Of a stretch of DNA of 64,000 bases, positions 38,643-52,220 are shown in pieces (position 1 is the stretch's first letter; every line of letters starts with the position of its first letter). The notes below the pieces were generated by a model. The model saw nothing but the letters and a program-made list of their open reading frames with translations, searched no databases and had not been told where the DNA came from. Source of the DNA: Macrostomum lignano (taxonomy: Eukaryota); the NCBI GenBank assembly GCA_002269645.1, contig NIVC01000927.1:62001-126000 (forward strand), read 5' to 3'. Position numbers and translations under genes: made by a program.

Positions 38643-40731
38643 TGCCTTTGTAAGCTAATCTTGGTAGTCTTAATAGTAGTAATAAGAATATAAATACTAT
38701 CAAGATTATTCTGGTTTTTTGCATCAAATATTGATATATGCTTGCTAATGAACAAATCACTATTAGGCCTGTATATCACAACAATAGATTAGTTTCAAGC
38801 AGTTATATATTTATTACCCCAATCCCTGCCCATCCAGTCTTACCATTAAATAATGTGCAAAAATCTTGTAGTATAGGCCCATTTAGCCTATAGATTACAT
38901 TTCTTAAATCAGTCACATAGTTATAGATTAACTGAGATCCCCTTAATATTTAGCAAAGAGCAGTTCTTTATAATTTAATGCTTTTTACATTGCAAAATTT
39001 TTCATTTGAACAGTGACTGGGATTTATTTTCATTTTAAACTCAATAAATTAACATTCTAAGCACTACACTACAACAGTGAGAAAACATTAACCCTTTACA
39101 CAGCTTTAGACTTTACACAGGGAAAATCTGGGTATGAACACAATAAGGAATAAAAAAGTATAGCAATAGAAAAATTTGGAGTAGGTTATAAATTTATAAT
39201 AAATTTTTAGCTTTTTTTTCAAGTTACATGGTATAAGAAAGAAATCATACAATTATGTATAGAAAACATGGAAGACAAAAGGTTTATTTCAAAAATGTCA
39301 TGTTAATAAAAAAAAATTAAATTTTAAAGGACATTAAAATAAAGTGAATATTAGTTACTTACAATCCTTTTTGTCAGGCTGTCTAAATGTATGATTCCAA
39401 TTCATGATTCATGCATGATTCCTTATACAAGCTAGCACCAGCTACCAGGAAGACTCAAGATATGGTAGCTAGAGCACTATCATTGCTAATAGTACTGAAT
39501 AACATTTTTTGCTGCTGCTATAGTCAACATTATGACTATCAAGGCTGTAAATGGAGAGTAAGTTGCAATGTAAAAGAAAATAAATAGATAAAAATTACAA
39601 AATTTTACAATTACATTACAATCACAATTACAGCTAAAAAAACCAAGGCCTAAGGCAATCAAAATTAAGTGCAAAAAAACTAAAAACTTAATAAACATTA
39701 TTTTTGATTAGAACTAATAAATAATATAAAAAGGTAAATCTTTTTAAAAGGATACACAAAAGAATCTAGGAGCAATAAATTGTAACCAAGCTAGCTTGCA
39801 ATGAAATCATATCTATTATTTTAGAGTAAAGCCAAGAGAAAAAAAGAGAGATAGAGAATCATACATTTTATAGAGCCAAAAAGCCTATACCATTATCAAC
39901 TTTATACAATTAAACTATATATTAATAATTTGCTTACTACCAACTCTGCAGTTGAAAAAAGATATATATTAAACATCAGTGAAATATAAAGATTTACATT
40001 GTATGTTTATAGTAGGAATAAAAGTTATCTTGCTTAGCAATTGAAAACTGGAATATATAAGTATATGTAATTTTTATTACTACTACTGATTGCAAAACAA
40101 GTAAGTAGTAAGGTACTTGCTAAGAATTTTATTATGTGTCTAATACATTTTTCCATTACAAATCAAATAGAAAAGTACTAAACTAAGCCTAGCTGGAATA
40201 GAGTATTCTACAGGAATTCTCAAAACACAATGGGGGTTATATTGCATGGCACAATTTTAGCAATTCCTAACACAATCCAATCCTTCTTCCCTTATAGTTA
40301 GGCCTCCAATTTTTCTAATCTTGTCTTAACAATCATTCATATATCCTAAAATAACCAAGTATAGATAAAGGCAACACAATGAAAGATTAGCCTAGCAATA
40401 TATGAGAGAAGATAAGCAAGTGTTGGGCTTTTTGTTTAACAAAATCCTTTCCTGATTAGGTAATAATGTCCTGCATCTTCTCTCTGCAGTATTTTCCCTA
40501 TGTATACAAGCCCTGGAGCTGGGGTGCTACACTGCTACAATTTCTTTTTCTGGGAAAAGGGATCTGGCAAACTAGCTACTGTTGAGTATTGGGATCTCAA
40601 CAAGGACAAGTTTTTTTCTTTTTATTTGCTTGAATATACCAAGGATCTTAAAATTACCGGCCTCTTTTCTGGCAATGATGGCCTTCTCAATCATTAAATG
40701 TTAATTGTAAACTTATTTTTTCTTTTGGCCT

Positions 40732-40873
40732 TGTTGTGTGTTTGAATGTATTAGGAGTATTCGCGCTTGGCGAGACTGTGGACGCAGCCACATACCCTTT
40801 ACAAGTATATTTGAGTTTGTCCATAGACAATAATTTATGCATGAATAAGAAACTAAAGCGGCTGGCTGCCACA
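40732..40873 (-). repeat. 3' LTR (142 bp)
   Basis: TGTTG...CCACA; direct repeat of 45283-45422. Confidence 0.96.
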
Positions 40874-40885
40874 TCCCCCTTTTTT
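40874..40885 (-). promoter_or_regulatory. Polypurine tract
   Basis: Minus strand AAAAAAGGGGGA abutting the 3' LTR. Confidence 0.85.
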
Positions 40886-41001
40886 CAAAAGAACATTGTT
40901 CATTAATTGCATAGTTTGTTCATAAACAAAAAAATTCATCATTAAACAGCTTGATAGAATCTCGTCTGTTTGACAGTACGACCCGATCGTGTCACATATG
41001 G

Positions 41002-44000
41002 CTAATTTGTGTCAGCATTGGTCGTTTGTCGGTTAGCATCTTCAGCAAGATTACTTGTTGTTGGATGCTCATGAGTTAGCTGAATTCCGGATGATGCAGT
41101 TGAATCTTTCAGATGACTCTCTGAGATATCTACTGGTCGCTGTAGCGCTAGATGTTTCAGTATTGCAGACAGTCTGGAGTTCGCAACTCTGGGTGCTAAA
41201 AATCGCCAGTTCCTTCTGTAGCATTTACCATCAGCAGTTTGCACTTGGTACAATCGTTCTGGATCCATATGATCCCACGATTGAATTTCTGCTGGAATCC
41301 ACTGTCTCTTGTCCTTGTACAACCAGACTTGCTCTCCAGTCTCCAGTGGCTTCAAATCCCTAGCTGTACTGTTGTAGCAAATTGCGTCCTTCTTTCGCAT
41401 GGCGTTCAGTGTTTCCAAATCATTCTTCGTCCATGTTTGTTTTGGTATCAATTCCATTATTGGTACAGGTAGTTTGTACCTCAATTTCCTTCCCATCAGT
41501 AGCTCTGCTGGGGTCAGTAACCCACGCTCAATCGGAGTATTACGGTAGTGAAGCATTGCTTTTTCAAAGTCTTCATTCTTTCTCAAGAAGCATTTCACTG
41601 TTTGCACAGCTTGCTCTGCTGATCCATTGGACTGTGGATATCTTGGTGATGATGTTACAAGCGCTATCCCGCTTGATTTAGCATATAATTGGAATGCGTT
41701 GGACAAGAATGGCAGTCCGTTGTCGCATTGCAACTTCTCAGGTGTTCCGAATGTGGAGAAATATTTCTTTAATTGCAAGATAACAAACTCAGCTGTATTT
41801 GATCTTAATGGATCTGCACAAATCCATCGGCTGTATCTGTCCACTAAAACTATGAATTTTCGACCTTTAAAATCGAACAGGTCAGTCGCGCACTCTTGAA
41901 ATGGATAATCAGGATGCAGACTTTGAATGATTGTTTCTTTCTGTGGTCATAATTGGCTGCTTTGGCAGGCATTGCATGCTGCTATGTAGTTCTGGATGTC
42001 CCGACGCATCTGAGGCCAGTATACCAATCCTCTTGCTTTTAGCAGTGTTTTTTCAATGCCTTGATGTTCTTCATGAATGATGTTCAAGAATTCGTGGTGC
42101 ATGGTCAGTGGTATAAATATCTTGCTAGTTTTCATAATTAATCTGTCGTGCTTGGCTAAATCGTGACGAACATTCCAGGAAGGCTTTAGTTGTTCTGGCA
42201 ATTGGTTTCTGAGTTCCGGCCAACCCTTGCAAATGCGATTCTTGATCGCATGGCAAGTTGAATCTGCATATGTGTGTTCCTGGATCTTCTTAAGTAGGTC
42301 TTCCGGTAGACAAACCTTTTGGATACCCAAGATTTGATTCTCAAGCTCAGAGTCTATGTCACTTGCCGAATGCACGGATTGCAAGAAAGCACGGCTTAAT
42401 GTATCAGCCAAATAAAGATATCTTCCCGGTTTGTATTGCACGGCTAAGTCAAATTCTTGGATCTTGAGTATCAGACGTTGAATTCTAGCCGATAGTTCAT
42501 CCATTGGCTTCTTCATAATATACTGCAGCGGTTTGTGGTCAGACTCGACGGAGACTCTACATCCCCAGAGATACTGTCTGAACCTTCGACAGCCAAATAC
42601 TATCGCAAGCATTTCCTTCTCTATCTGGGCATATTTCTTTTGAGTGGATGTTAGAGCTGATGATGCATACTCAATGACATGTCCTTCCTGCAATAGTGCT
42701 GCTCCCAAGCCATCTTTGCTGGCGTCGACAGAAAAAATTAGGTCTTTATTCGGGTCAAACGGCGCAAGCACAGGTGCTTCGCAGAGGCACTGCTTGATTC
42801 CTTGACATACATGCGCAACTTTGGGATTCACCCGGCCGTTTCTATTGGCAACACACATATGTAAGTCGCTATTGGACAGAACAGTAGTCACGTGACTGCT
42901 CTCAGCCAATAGCGACTTATATGCGTGTGTTGCCAATAGAAACGGCCGGGTGAATCCCAAGGTTGCGCCCAAGCAAGTTCCTTGATACGCCTTTTCTTGG
43001 TCATTGGTCCACACCCATTCGGATTCTTTCTTCATGAGTTCCCTCAAAGGACTTGTCAGTGCAGAAAAGTTTGCTATGAATCTTGACAAGTAATTTGCAC
43101 TGCCAATAAACTGTTGGAGCTGCGCTTGCTTTTTAGCACACTGTTCAAAACTGTTTGGGTGCGGCATTTCTTTGATGCTGTTTACTTTTTGTGGATCTAC
43201 TTTCACACATTTGTCAGTTAGTATGTGTCCAAGAAATCGAAGCTCGGTTTTGCCAATGCTCGTCTTTTGCCTGTTCAGAGTCAGGTTCTTTTTCCTGCAT
43301 TGCTCCAAAAGATTTCAAACTGCTTGGTTGTGCTCTTCCCAAGTCTTTCCCCATACTATGATGTCATCGATGTAGTTAGCAGATTTTTCTACTTGACTTG
43401 TCACTTCTTCTTTGATGCGCCTTTGGTAAGCTTCAGGTGCATCCTTTAGACCAAAAGCTAGTCGATTCCATTTGTAAACGCCAAACGGAGTGTGAAATGC
43501 AGTAAGAAGTGAACTTTCTTGATCCAACTAAACTTGATGGAAGCCAGACTTAGCATCAAATGTTGAGAAGTATTTTGCTCCTGTCATCTCGCTAATCATC
43601 TCGTCATAAGTTGGAATGGGGTATCGATTTCTGACAATATCATCATTTAGATTCTTTGGATCTAAGCACAGTCTAATTGAGTTATCCTTCTTCCAGACGA
43701 TAACAACATTGGACACCCAATCTGCCGGCTGGTTGCATTTCGTTATTATTCCTTGGCTCTGCAAATGGTCAAGCTCTTCACGCAGGGCCTTCATAGCCAC
43801 AAATGGGACTTTCCTTGGGCCTTGGACTTTCAGTATTGCACCTTCTCTCAATGAAATGTGATGCGCTCCAGGCAGACATCCAATTCCTTCGAACACATCG
43901 CTGTATTCCTTAAAGATCGTTGATTCCGTCAGCACTTCTTTATCTGTAGTCTTTGTTACGTTGAGGATTTGAATCAGGCCTAATTTCTCAGCTGTGTCGG

Positions 44001-45170
44001 TTGCTAATACAGGTGTATTGTCTTCCTCAATGATGGTGAATTCTACTTTATGCACGGAATCTTTATGCGAGAGTCGCAATTTAATCTTGCCCTTCACATT
44101 AAGCATCTGATTGTTATACACTGATAGTCTGGTGTGGTCTTTTTCTAATGGGTTGTCTGTGATTGTTCTTAAACGTTTCTCGGACATAATATTCACATCA
44201 GCGCCGGTATCAATTTTGTAGTTGACGATGTGTCCAAACTCAGTGTCTAGCGACACAACTGTTCTTGAAACGGCTTTCACTTCATTTCCATTATAATAAT
44301 TCATAGAATATTTACTTACATCCCATGCAGCAGCTTGGTAAGAATTCGATGATTCAGTCACGTCAGTAAGCTCATCTTCAACTGTACGAATCTGTTTTGA
44401 TTGTTTTGTTTTCTCTTTCTGGCACATGGCCTTAAAATGGTTCTTTTGTCCACAGTTCAAGCAGGTCTTGCCATAGGCACTGTAGTTGGTGTGACCAAAT
44501 TTGTGGTTCTTGCCGCAGTATCTGCATGCCTGTTGTCCTGTAGGAGCCTTTTGTGTGATAGACTTGGACTTGGCTCTGGTTGATTGCTGCAACTTGTGAT
44601 CAGGGTCTTTTACAATTTGACTGACAGAGTTTCTGTTTTCACTCTTTATACCTGTCATCTGCCTGGCTTGCATCTTTGAAGCTTCAGTGGCACGGCACAG
44701 AACAATAGCCTTTTCCAGTGTCAGCTTCTCTTCCTCAAGGAGCCGTTCACGGAGTGCTGAATTATGAACCCCATATATATACTATCTGATTTCGAAGCAT
44801 GACATTGTCAATGCATTGCCTATTTTTAGGCTTTGAAAAACTGCATCGCTTTATTAACAATCGTAGCTCATTTATGAAGTGATCAAAATCTTCATGCTGC
44901 TCCTGCTTACGCATTCTAAACTTGTAGCAATCAAATGTTTCGCTATCCAGAGGAATGCAGAATTTCTTGAATTTGTCAATGATGTCTTTGTGAGCAGAGT
45001 CAGTAGAGAGTTCGAATGTCTCAAATATGTCCCTGCCTTCTTCACCAATGGCAGTCAGCAGAATCACATTCTTCATGCTGTCAGCCTCCTTGTCGCGCTT
45101 TGTGGCGGTCATGTATAAATTGAATGCGCCAATCCATTTTCTCTAGCGTTCTGACTTGGCCTCATCGAAT
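41002..45170 (-). pseudogene. Disrupted gag-pol
   Basis: Zinc knuckles CRYCGKNH and CLNCGQKNHFKAMC; protease IDTGAD; RT LCLDPKNLN, FSTFDAKSGFHQ, YIDDII; RNase H VDASKDGLGA, EKEMLA, SDHKPL; integrase HQG..CNAC, CDNG, YPQSNGSAE. Split into five ORFs by stops or frameshifts. Confidence 0.93.
42806..42977. mobile_element. Palindromic mini-element (156-bp hairpin 42813-42968) nested in the Gypsy pol
   Basis: ~63-bp near-perfect inverted arms around an AGTCACGTGACT centre; TTCCTTGA direct repeat at 42798-42805 and 42978-42985. Confidence 0.88.
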
Positions 45171-45270
45171 ACCATGGGCCCTGGAGGTCGCAGTCCAGCT
45201 GCATCGGACATGCCGCTGTAGTTGCCACCAAAAACGATGCACAAAGCAATTATCTAATTGGAGTCTTTTA

Positions 45271-45282
45271 CCTCTGACACCA
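45271..45282 (-). promoter_or_regulatory. Primer-binding site, probably tRNA-Leu
   Basis: Minus strand TGGTGTCAGAGG directly after the 5' LTR; complements a ...CTGACACCA tRNA-Leu 3' end (from recall). Confidence 0.7.
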
Positions 45283-45422
45283 TGTTGTGTGTTTGAATGT
45301 ATTAGGAGTATTTGCTCTTGGCGAGACTGGGCGCAGCCATATACCCTTTACAAGTATATTTGAGTTTGTCCATAGACAATAATTTATGCATGAATAAGAA
45401 ACTAAAGTGGCTGGCTGCCACA
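45283..45422 (-). repeat. 5' LTR (140 bp)
   Basis: Differs from the 3' LTR by 4 substitutions and 2 nt of indel. Confidence 0.96.
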
Positions 45423-45559
45423 GGCCTATTATATTTTAGTTCATAAAATTCAATTCAAATTATTTCTTTAAGGAAAGTCAGGAAAATGAAAGCAAAGGCG
45501 AACATTCGTATTTTATCTTTAATAATACGAAATTATGAAATTACAATTTATTAATCAAT

Positions 45560-45958
45560 CTTCGCGCAACATGTTTTGCTGAACAATTGGCATCTTCAGG
45601 CAAGGCAATAATATAGTTTCAGAGAGATGGTAATTTTTTAAAAGTCTAGTAGGCCAAAAAGATTGTAAGTATGGGTAACCGAGTTAGATGGCCCTAAATA
45701 AGAGGCAAGTGCATGGGGTCAGAACACCCTTAGATGGACACTCGCCCCTCTACCACCAAGTTGGATGTTCATGGTGGGCTTTAACTGTTTAATGTACAAT
45801 GTCTCAAGAGTAGACAACTTAAAACTCTGGCAATTATGATCAATAATTTCAAATTTCTCAGCATTTCTAACTTTGGCACATTGATTGCACATCAGGAGGT
45901 GGTCGTACACAGCGCTAGCTCTTGTACAATGCTCCTTTACCCTTGTGTGTAAGTGCCT
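45560..45958 (-). mobile_element. Penelope-like GIY-YIG 3' fragment, right-arm copy
   Basis: Mirror of 5605-6010 (ORF 45719-45910). Confidence 0.75.
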
Positions 45959-46683
45959 TAAATTAAATTCCTTAAATTTCTTTAAGGTATTATATTTTCC
46001 TCAATATAATTCAAATATGTTTAATTATTAAAAAAGTGGACATATACTGAAATGGAAAAGGTTGCCAATAAAACTGCCAAAATGGGAGTTTGTATTGTTT
46101 CTAATTCTTGTATGCAAGGTCTTTTCTTTCGGGTTCTTTGTGGGTGCAGGCAGTGTAAACTGTGTATTGAGAATTCCTGTAGAATACCCTGTTCCAGCTG
46201 GTTTGGTACCTTACTATTTGATTTGAAATGGGAAAATGTGGTATGTGCATAGTAGAATTTCTGATAGGTACCTTACTACTTGTTTTGCAATTGAAAATTG
46301 GAGTATGTAAGTAATTTTCTATTACTACTCTTGTGAATTTTTAACAACTCAATTGATTGTATGTAATAGAGAGGCAACTGTTTGAGTCACCAATGCATCA
46401 CATGAGTTTTAAAATCATAAAAGAGTGCTAAAAATGCCTATGTGATTCTAACTCATAAAGTGATGCATATGTGTTTTATACGCAACTCTAGCACGCCTCA
46501 GATACCATTCTCTCTGTTGCCCCAGAGTCGCAAACAATAAAACGCCTCATATTGACTCAGATGACTTTTTAGAAACTTGTGCCGTGACATTTTGTGGTTT
46601 TAGAGTTGTAATTTAACAACTCTGAAACGACTCTGGGGCGAGGTAACATAAACTGATATTTCTGCTCATAAATCTGTAAATTG

Positions 46684-48436
46684 ATGCGCTTGCCAATCTC
46701 CTTTGTCGGCATTGTGAGCAGCAGCAGAAGGATTGCAGCAATGTCGGCATCAACTGGTATCCGGCCAATTGTATTCAGCGGGCCTAGCGGCAGCGGCAAG
46801 TCTACACTAATCCAGCGTCTGATGGAGCGTCATCCCGGCTGCTTTCGGTTCTGCGTGTCGCACACAACCAGACAGCCGAGAGCCGGCGAAAAGCACGGCC
46901 AGCACTATTGGTACGTGACCGAGGCCGAGATGCTGGCTGACATTGACGCCGGCAAGTTTATTGAGTCCACCCATTTTGCCGGCAACCGCTACGGCACCAG
47001 TTACAAAGCCGTGACGGATGTTATCAATAGCGGACAAATTCCCGTGCTAGATGTGGATGTGCAGGTTTGTCCAGTTTGTTAATACTGATTTGTTATTGTT
47101 TTTAAGATTTATCAATTTCGGCTGCGCAAGTGGCATTTAACGTACTCAGTAATACAAATTCAATGTGCGTTTAAACAGCGTTTTTGAGAATATCGTATAT
47201 ATAAGTTAAAACAAATATTGCATTAGTAACTTATTTTTCACTGGTATTTATAGTTTTAGGGCAATGAACCATTTTAAGCATACGAAATGCCAGTTTGAAA
47301 TTAGCTAGCTGATATACATAATTAAGTCTAAATTGACATTAATTCGCAAAAATGGAACGTTTTCTTTTAGTTTTTAGTCTCACACGCCCGTGTGCCTGCT
47401 CAGATAGGGAACGCTTGAGACGGAAGTGACTCCCCCAACTGGGGCTTCCAGAGTCGTTTCAGACGCGTTGCAGATGACACAGGTCAAACAGGAAAGAAGT
47501 GATTCTAAACGACTCTAAAACAACAAGATGTCACGGTACAACTCGCCAAAAAGTCGTCAAATAGTCGCCCCACAATCACTTCGAAACGTTTTAAATTGTC
47601 TGCGTCAGTGCGTCACTTCTGAGGCGTTCTGGACGCGTTACAGAGTCGTTACTACCGGCCTTAAACAGACTGCTGGATCGTCATTTCCGGGCGAATAGAA
47701 AATGCATGCTCATCAACTCAGAAGTGATGCACTAAAGATTCTATAGCGACGCTAAAAAACTTATGTGACTTTTTGGCGACTTGTACCGTGACATCTCTCG
47801 TCGTTTGAGTCGTTTAGAATCACTTCTTTCCTATTGGACCTGTGTCATCTGGGGCTACACAAGTGACTCCGCGACGCTTCTTGGCCTATATAACGTTTTC
47901 ATCGGGCTTTGGCGGACCAGCCCAGCCCATTAGCCTTAAAATGGATATAAAGATTCAAGTTCGGTTTTGCTATCCCGGAATTATCGAGAATCTTGTGCGT
48001 ATAGTAAGGAAACGAACTGGCCTGGGCCTCAGTTTTGGCGGAGTGCCTCCTATGTGCTCTGAGTGGCCTATATGATTATTGTAGCATAATATACTACCCG
48101 TGCCGTCAACTGAGAACCGTGCCGAATTCCTAATCGCCACAGGGCGTCAAGAGTTTCAAAGCCGCCAAGCTGCAGCCGCCGCCAACCTACGTGTACATCA
48201 AAGCGCCCAGCATGACAGACCTCGAGCAGCGACTCCGAGCCCGCTGTACAGATGACGACGAGAAAATCCGCCTCCGTCTGGCCGAAGCCGAGGCTGGCAA
48301 CGCCTACGCCGATCAGGCCGGCGCCTACGACGTCGTGATTGTCAACGATAATCTGGACGCCGCTTTCGCCGAGTTGGACAAATTTCTGGCCGACGACGTG
48401 GCCCGCGCATTGGCAGCCAAAGCATCCGCAAGCTGA
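46684..48436 (+). CDS. GUK1: Guanylate kinase, right copy: join(46684..47064,48143..48436), 224 aa
   Basis: Same exon lengths (381+294) and GT..AG sites as the left copy; H>R and V>A changes plus synonymous changes. Confidence 0.93.
47449..47900. mobile_element. Rearranged copy of the intronic MITE-like repeat
   Basis: Mirror of ~3760-4120 with an extra or replaced segment at ~47704-47830. Confidence 0.5.
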
Positions 48437-48509
48437 TTGAGAGCTACAGGGAGACTGCTGTTATAGTAGGTTGCAGTAACCTCAGGGTTGGTTTACAGCA
48501 AAGTCCGGT

Positions 48510-48790
48510 GGTGTAGGTTACAGTGACATCAGGTGTAGGTTACAGTGACATCAGGTGTAGGTTACAGTGACATCAGGTGTAGGTTACAGTGACATCAGGT
48601 GTAGGTTACAGTGACATCAGGTGTAGGTTACAGTGACATCAGGTGTAGGTTACAGTGACATCAGGTGTAGGTTACAGTGACATCAGGTGTAGGTTACAGT
48701 GACATCAGGTGTAGGTTACAGTGACATCAGGTGTAGGTTACAGTGACATCAGGTGTAGGTTATAGTGATATCAGGAGTAAGTTGTAGTGG
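48510..48790 (-). repeat. 22-bp minisatellite, right copy, ~12 units
   Basis: Reverse complement of the 2387-3131 unit, with far fewer copies. Confidence 0.96.
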
Positions 48791-50272
48791 AAACTCAGGT
48801 TTAAGTTACAGGAAAAATAAGTGGATTACAATAATAATCAGATAATTTTTAAAGCACTCTGAAAGTGAGTTTTACACCTGAATCTTAGGTATCATCTTCT
48901 TATTATTTTATCATAACAGACATACAGAAGACCATGTGAACATCACAGTAGTCTCATGCCAAATTTATGCAACAAAACTTATGAATGGTTGAGTAGTTTG
49001 ATGCTTGCTTGTCTCTAATATGTTTGTTATAACTAGGTTATGTAATTGGTATAATTATAGTGCTTGGTTAAAATATTGAATAAATATCGTGAATCTGTCA
49101 CAGCCAATCTTATTGGTCAACCTTACGCTTTTGTCCCTATTAGTCCACAAATATCCCACAATATCCTAAGCTAAGTTACGGTTATGAATAATTAACTTGA
49201 TCACATTCCCGCACTTGAGTGACAGGTGAACTGCATTGTCATACGTTTTCAGTTCTCACAAATTGTGTTTAAACCGTCTTTTATAAATACACGAGTATAC
49301 GATTTAATCAGTGGAAATATTTCAATCAATTTCGATCTAATTTTGTTTTAGTTTTGCTGATATCGAGGAATCGCGCCTTTTTAAACGCGCACTTAAATGG
49401 CTTGTTTTTTAAAATGTTTTAACTTCTCTCGCATTAGTCCTCAATTATTCAATGCTCAAACTCTTAGAGTCACAAATTTGAATTAGTGCTGCGAAATACG
49501 ATTTAATAATAATTATTTGAGACATTTTAATTTCCAATCTGGTCAATTGAGTACACTGTGTACTTTTTATTGCTAATTTGGTACTTTTGTACTGTTGGAT
49601 TGAACCTAAAAAGGCTTAGGTATGAAATGTAAGGCACCGGTACATTTTGTGATGAATCTTCTAATAGAACTTTAGTTTTATTGTTTATTGTTTGTTTATC
49701 TCCGCTATGTATATTTTGTCTCGTGTTTTATCTTAAATAGCTTAGTTCGTCAGAGCCTTGTTCAAGCTTGCTTTCGGGTTTTCAGAATTTTCTAATCGGT
49801 TGTGCTTGTTAAAGCAATTATTTGCTTTCTTCTTCTGGCTGTCTCTGCTGCTGCTGCGGTTGAACTCAACAAAAAGGTCAGCTTAGCTTACCTATTAACG
49901 CTTCTAGCTATTAAAAAATACATAAATATAAAAATTCGATCTACAACTTGTTGCTTACATAATCCTATTTAATTAAATTAAAAATGTTGGACTTGATTAA
50001 ATAATTTCTGTCTGGAACTCTGGTTAATTTTTCTTTTCTGTAGTCAAAGTTTTGTAATTATAGTTAGCTCTTAGTTGTTGTAGAACCAAAATGAAAGTGC
50101 ATTAGTGACTTATCACTATCGATAATTACGGTATTAGTGTTTACAAAATTATTTTTAAAGTTTTTCACGACCTAGGTAGGACTGCGATAGATAATATAAT
50201 TATTTCATTAAAATTCAGCATTAGGTGTAGAAGTATAGTTATGTGGCTTCGTCACGATCGTGAAAAATTAAC

Positions 50273-52220
50273 CATTATTGTATACCTCCAAAACCATATA
50301 CACAATCTATCATTATTGTCTACCTCCAAAACCATATACACAATCTACCGTTATTGTCTACCTCCAAAACCATATACACAATCTACCATTATTGTCTACC
50401 TCCAAAACCATATACACAATCTACCATTATTGTCTACCTCCAAAACCATATACACAATCTACCGTTATTGTCTACCTCCAAAACCATATACACAATCTAC
50501 CGTTATTGTCTACCTCCAAAACCATATACACAATCTACCGTTATTGTCTACCTCCAAAACCATATACACAATCTACCATTATTGTATACCTCCAAAACCA
50601 TATACACAATCTACCATTATTGTCTACCTCCAAAACCATATACACAATCTACCATTAATTGTCTACCTCCAAAACCATATACACAATCTACCATTATTGT
50701 CTACCTCCAAAACTATATACACAATCTACCGTTATTGTATACCTCCAAAACCATATACACAATCTACCATTATTGTCTACCTCCAAAACCATATACACAA
50801 TCTACCATTAATTGTCTACCTCCAAAACTATATACACAATCTACCATTATTGTCTACCTCCAAAAACATATACACAATCTACCGTTATTGTCTACCTCCA
50901 AAACCATATACACAATCTACCATTATTGTCTACCTCCAAAACCAAATACACAATCTACCATTATTGTATACCTCCAAAACCATATACACAATCTACCGTT
51001 ATTGTCTACCTCCAAAACCAAATACACAATCTACCATTATTGTCTACCTCCAAAACCATATACACAATCTACCGTTATTGTCTACCTCCAAAACCATATA
51101 CACAATCTACCATTATTGTCTACCTCCAAAACCAAATACACAATCTACCATTATTGTCTACCTCCAAAACCATACACACAATCTACCGTTATTGTCTACC
51201 TCCAAAACCATATACACAATCTACCATTATTGTCTACCTCCAAAACCATATACACAATCTACCGTTATTGTCTACCTCCAAAACCATATACACAATCTAC
51301 CGTTATTGTCTACCTCCAAAACCATACACACAATCTACCGTTATTGTCTACCTCCAAAACCATACACACAATCTACCGTTATTGTCTACCTCCAAAACCA
51401 TATACACAATCTACCATTATTGTCTACCTCCAAAACCATACACACAATCTACCATTATTGTCTACCTCCAAAACCATATACACAATCTACCATTATTGTC
51501 TACCTCCAAAACCATATACACAATCTACCATTAATTGTCTACCTCCAAAACCATATACACAATCTACCATTATTGTCTACCTCCAAAACCATATACACAA
51601 TCTACCGTTATTGTCTACCTCCAAAACCATATACACAATCTACCATTATTGTCTACCTCCAAAACCATATACACAATCTACCGTTATTGTATACCTCCAA
51701 AACCATATACACAATCTACCGTTATTGTCTACCTCCAAAACCATATACACAATCTACCATTATTGTCTACCTCCAAAACCATATACACAATCTACCATTA
51801 TTGTCTACCTCCAAAACCAAATACACAATCTACCATTATTGTCTACCTCCAAAACCATATACACAATCTACCATTATTGTCTACCTCCAAAACCATATAC
51901 ACAATCTACCATTATTGTCTACCTCCAAAACCATATACACAATCTACCGTTATTGTCTACCTCCAAAACCATATACACAATCTACCGTTATTGTATACCT
52001 CCAAAACCATATACACAATCTACCGTTATTGTCTACCTCCAAAACCATATACACAATCTACCATTATTGTCTACCTCCAAAACCATATACACAATCTACC
52101 ATTATTGTCTACCTCCAAAACCATATACACAATCTACCGTTATTGTCTACCTCCAAAACCATATACACAATCTACCATTATTGTCTACCTCCAAAACCAT
52201 ATACACAATCTACCATTATT
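50273..52220 (-). repeat. 38-bp satellite, C/A-rich strand on +, ~51 units
   Basis: Reverse complement of the 1-890 unit. Confidence 0.98.

Larger units (their letters stand above)
40732..45422 (-). mobile_element. Full-length but decayed Ty3/Gypsy LTR retrotransposon (Mag-like gag), right arm only
   Basis: TG..CA LTRs at 40732-40873 and 45283-45422; GGCCT TSD at 40727-40731 and 45423-45427; domain order gag-PR-RT-RH-IN; empty site AGGCC at 6135-6139. Confidence 0.96.
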
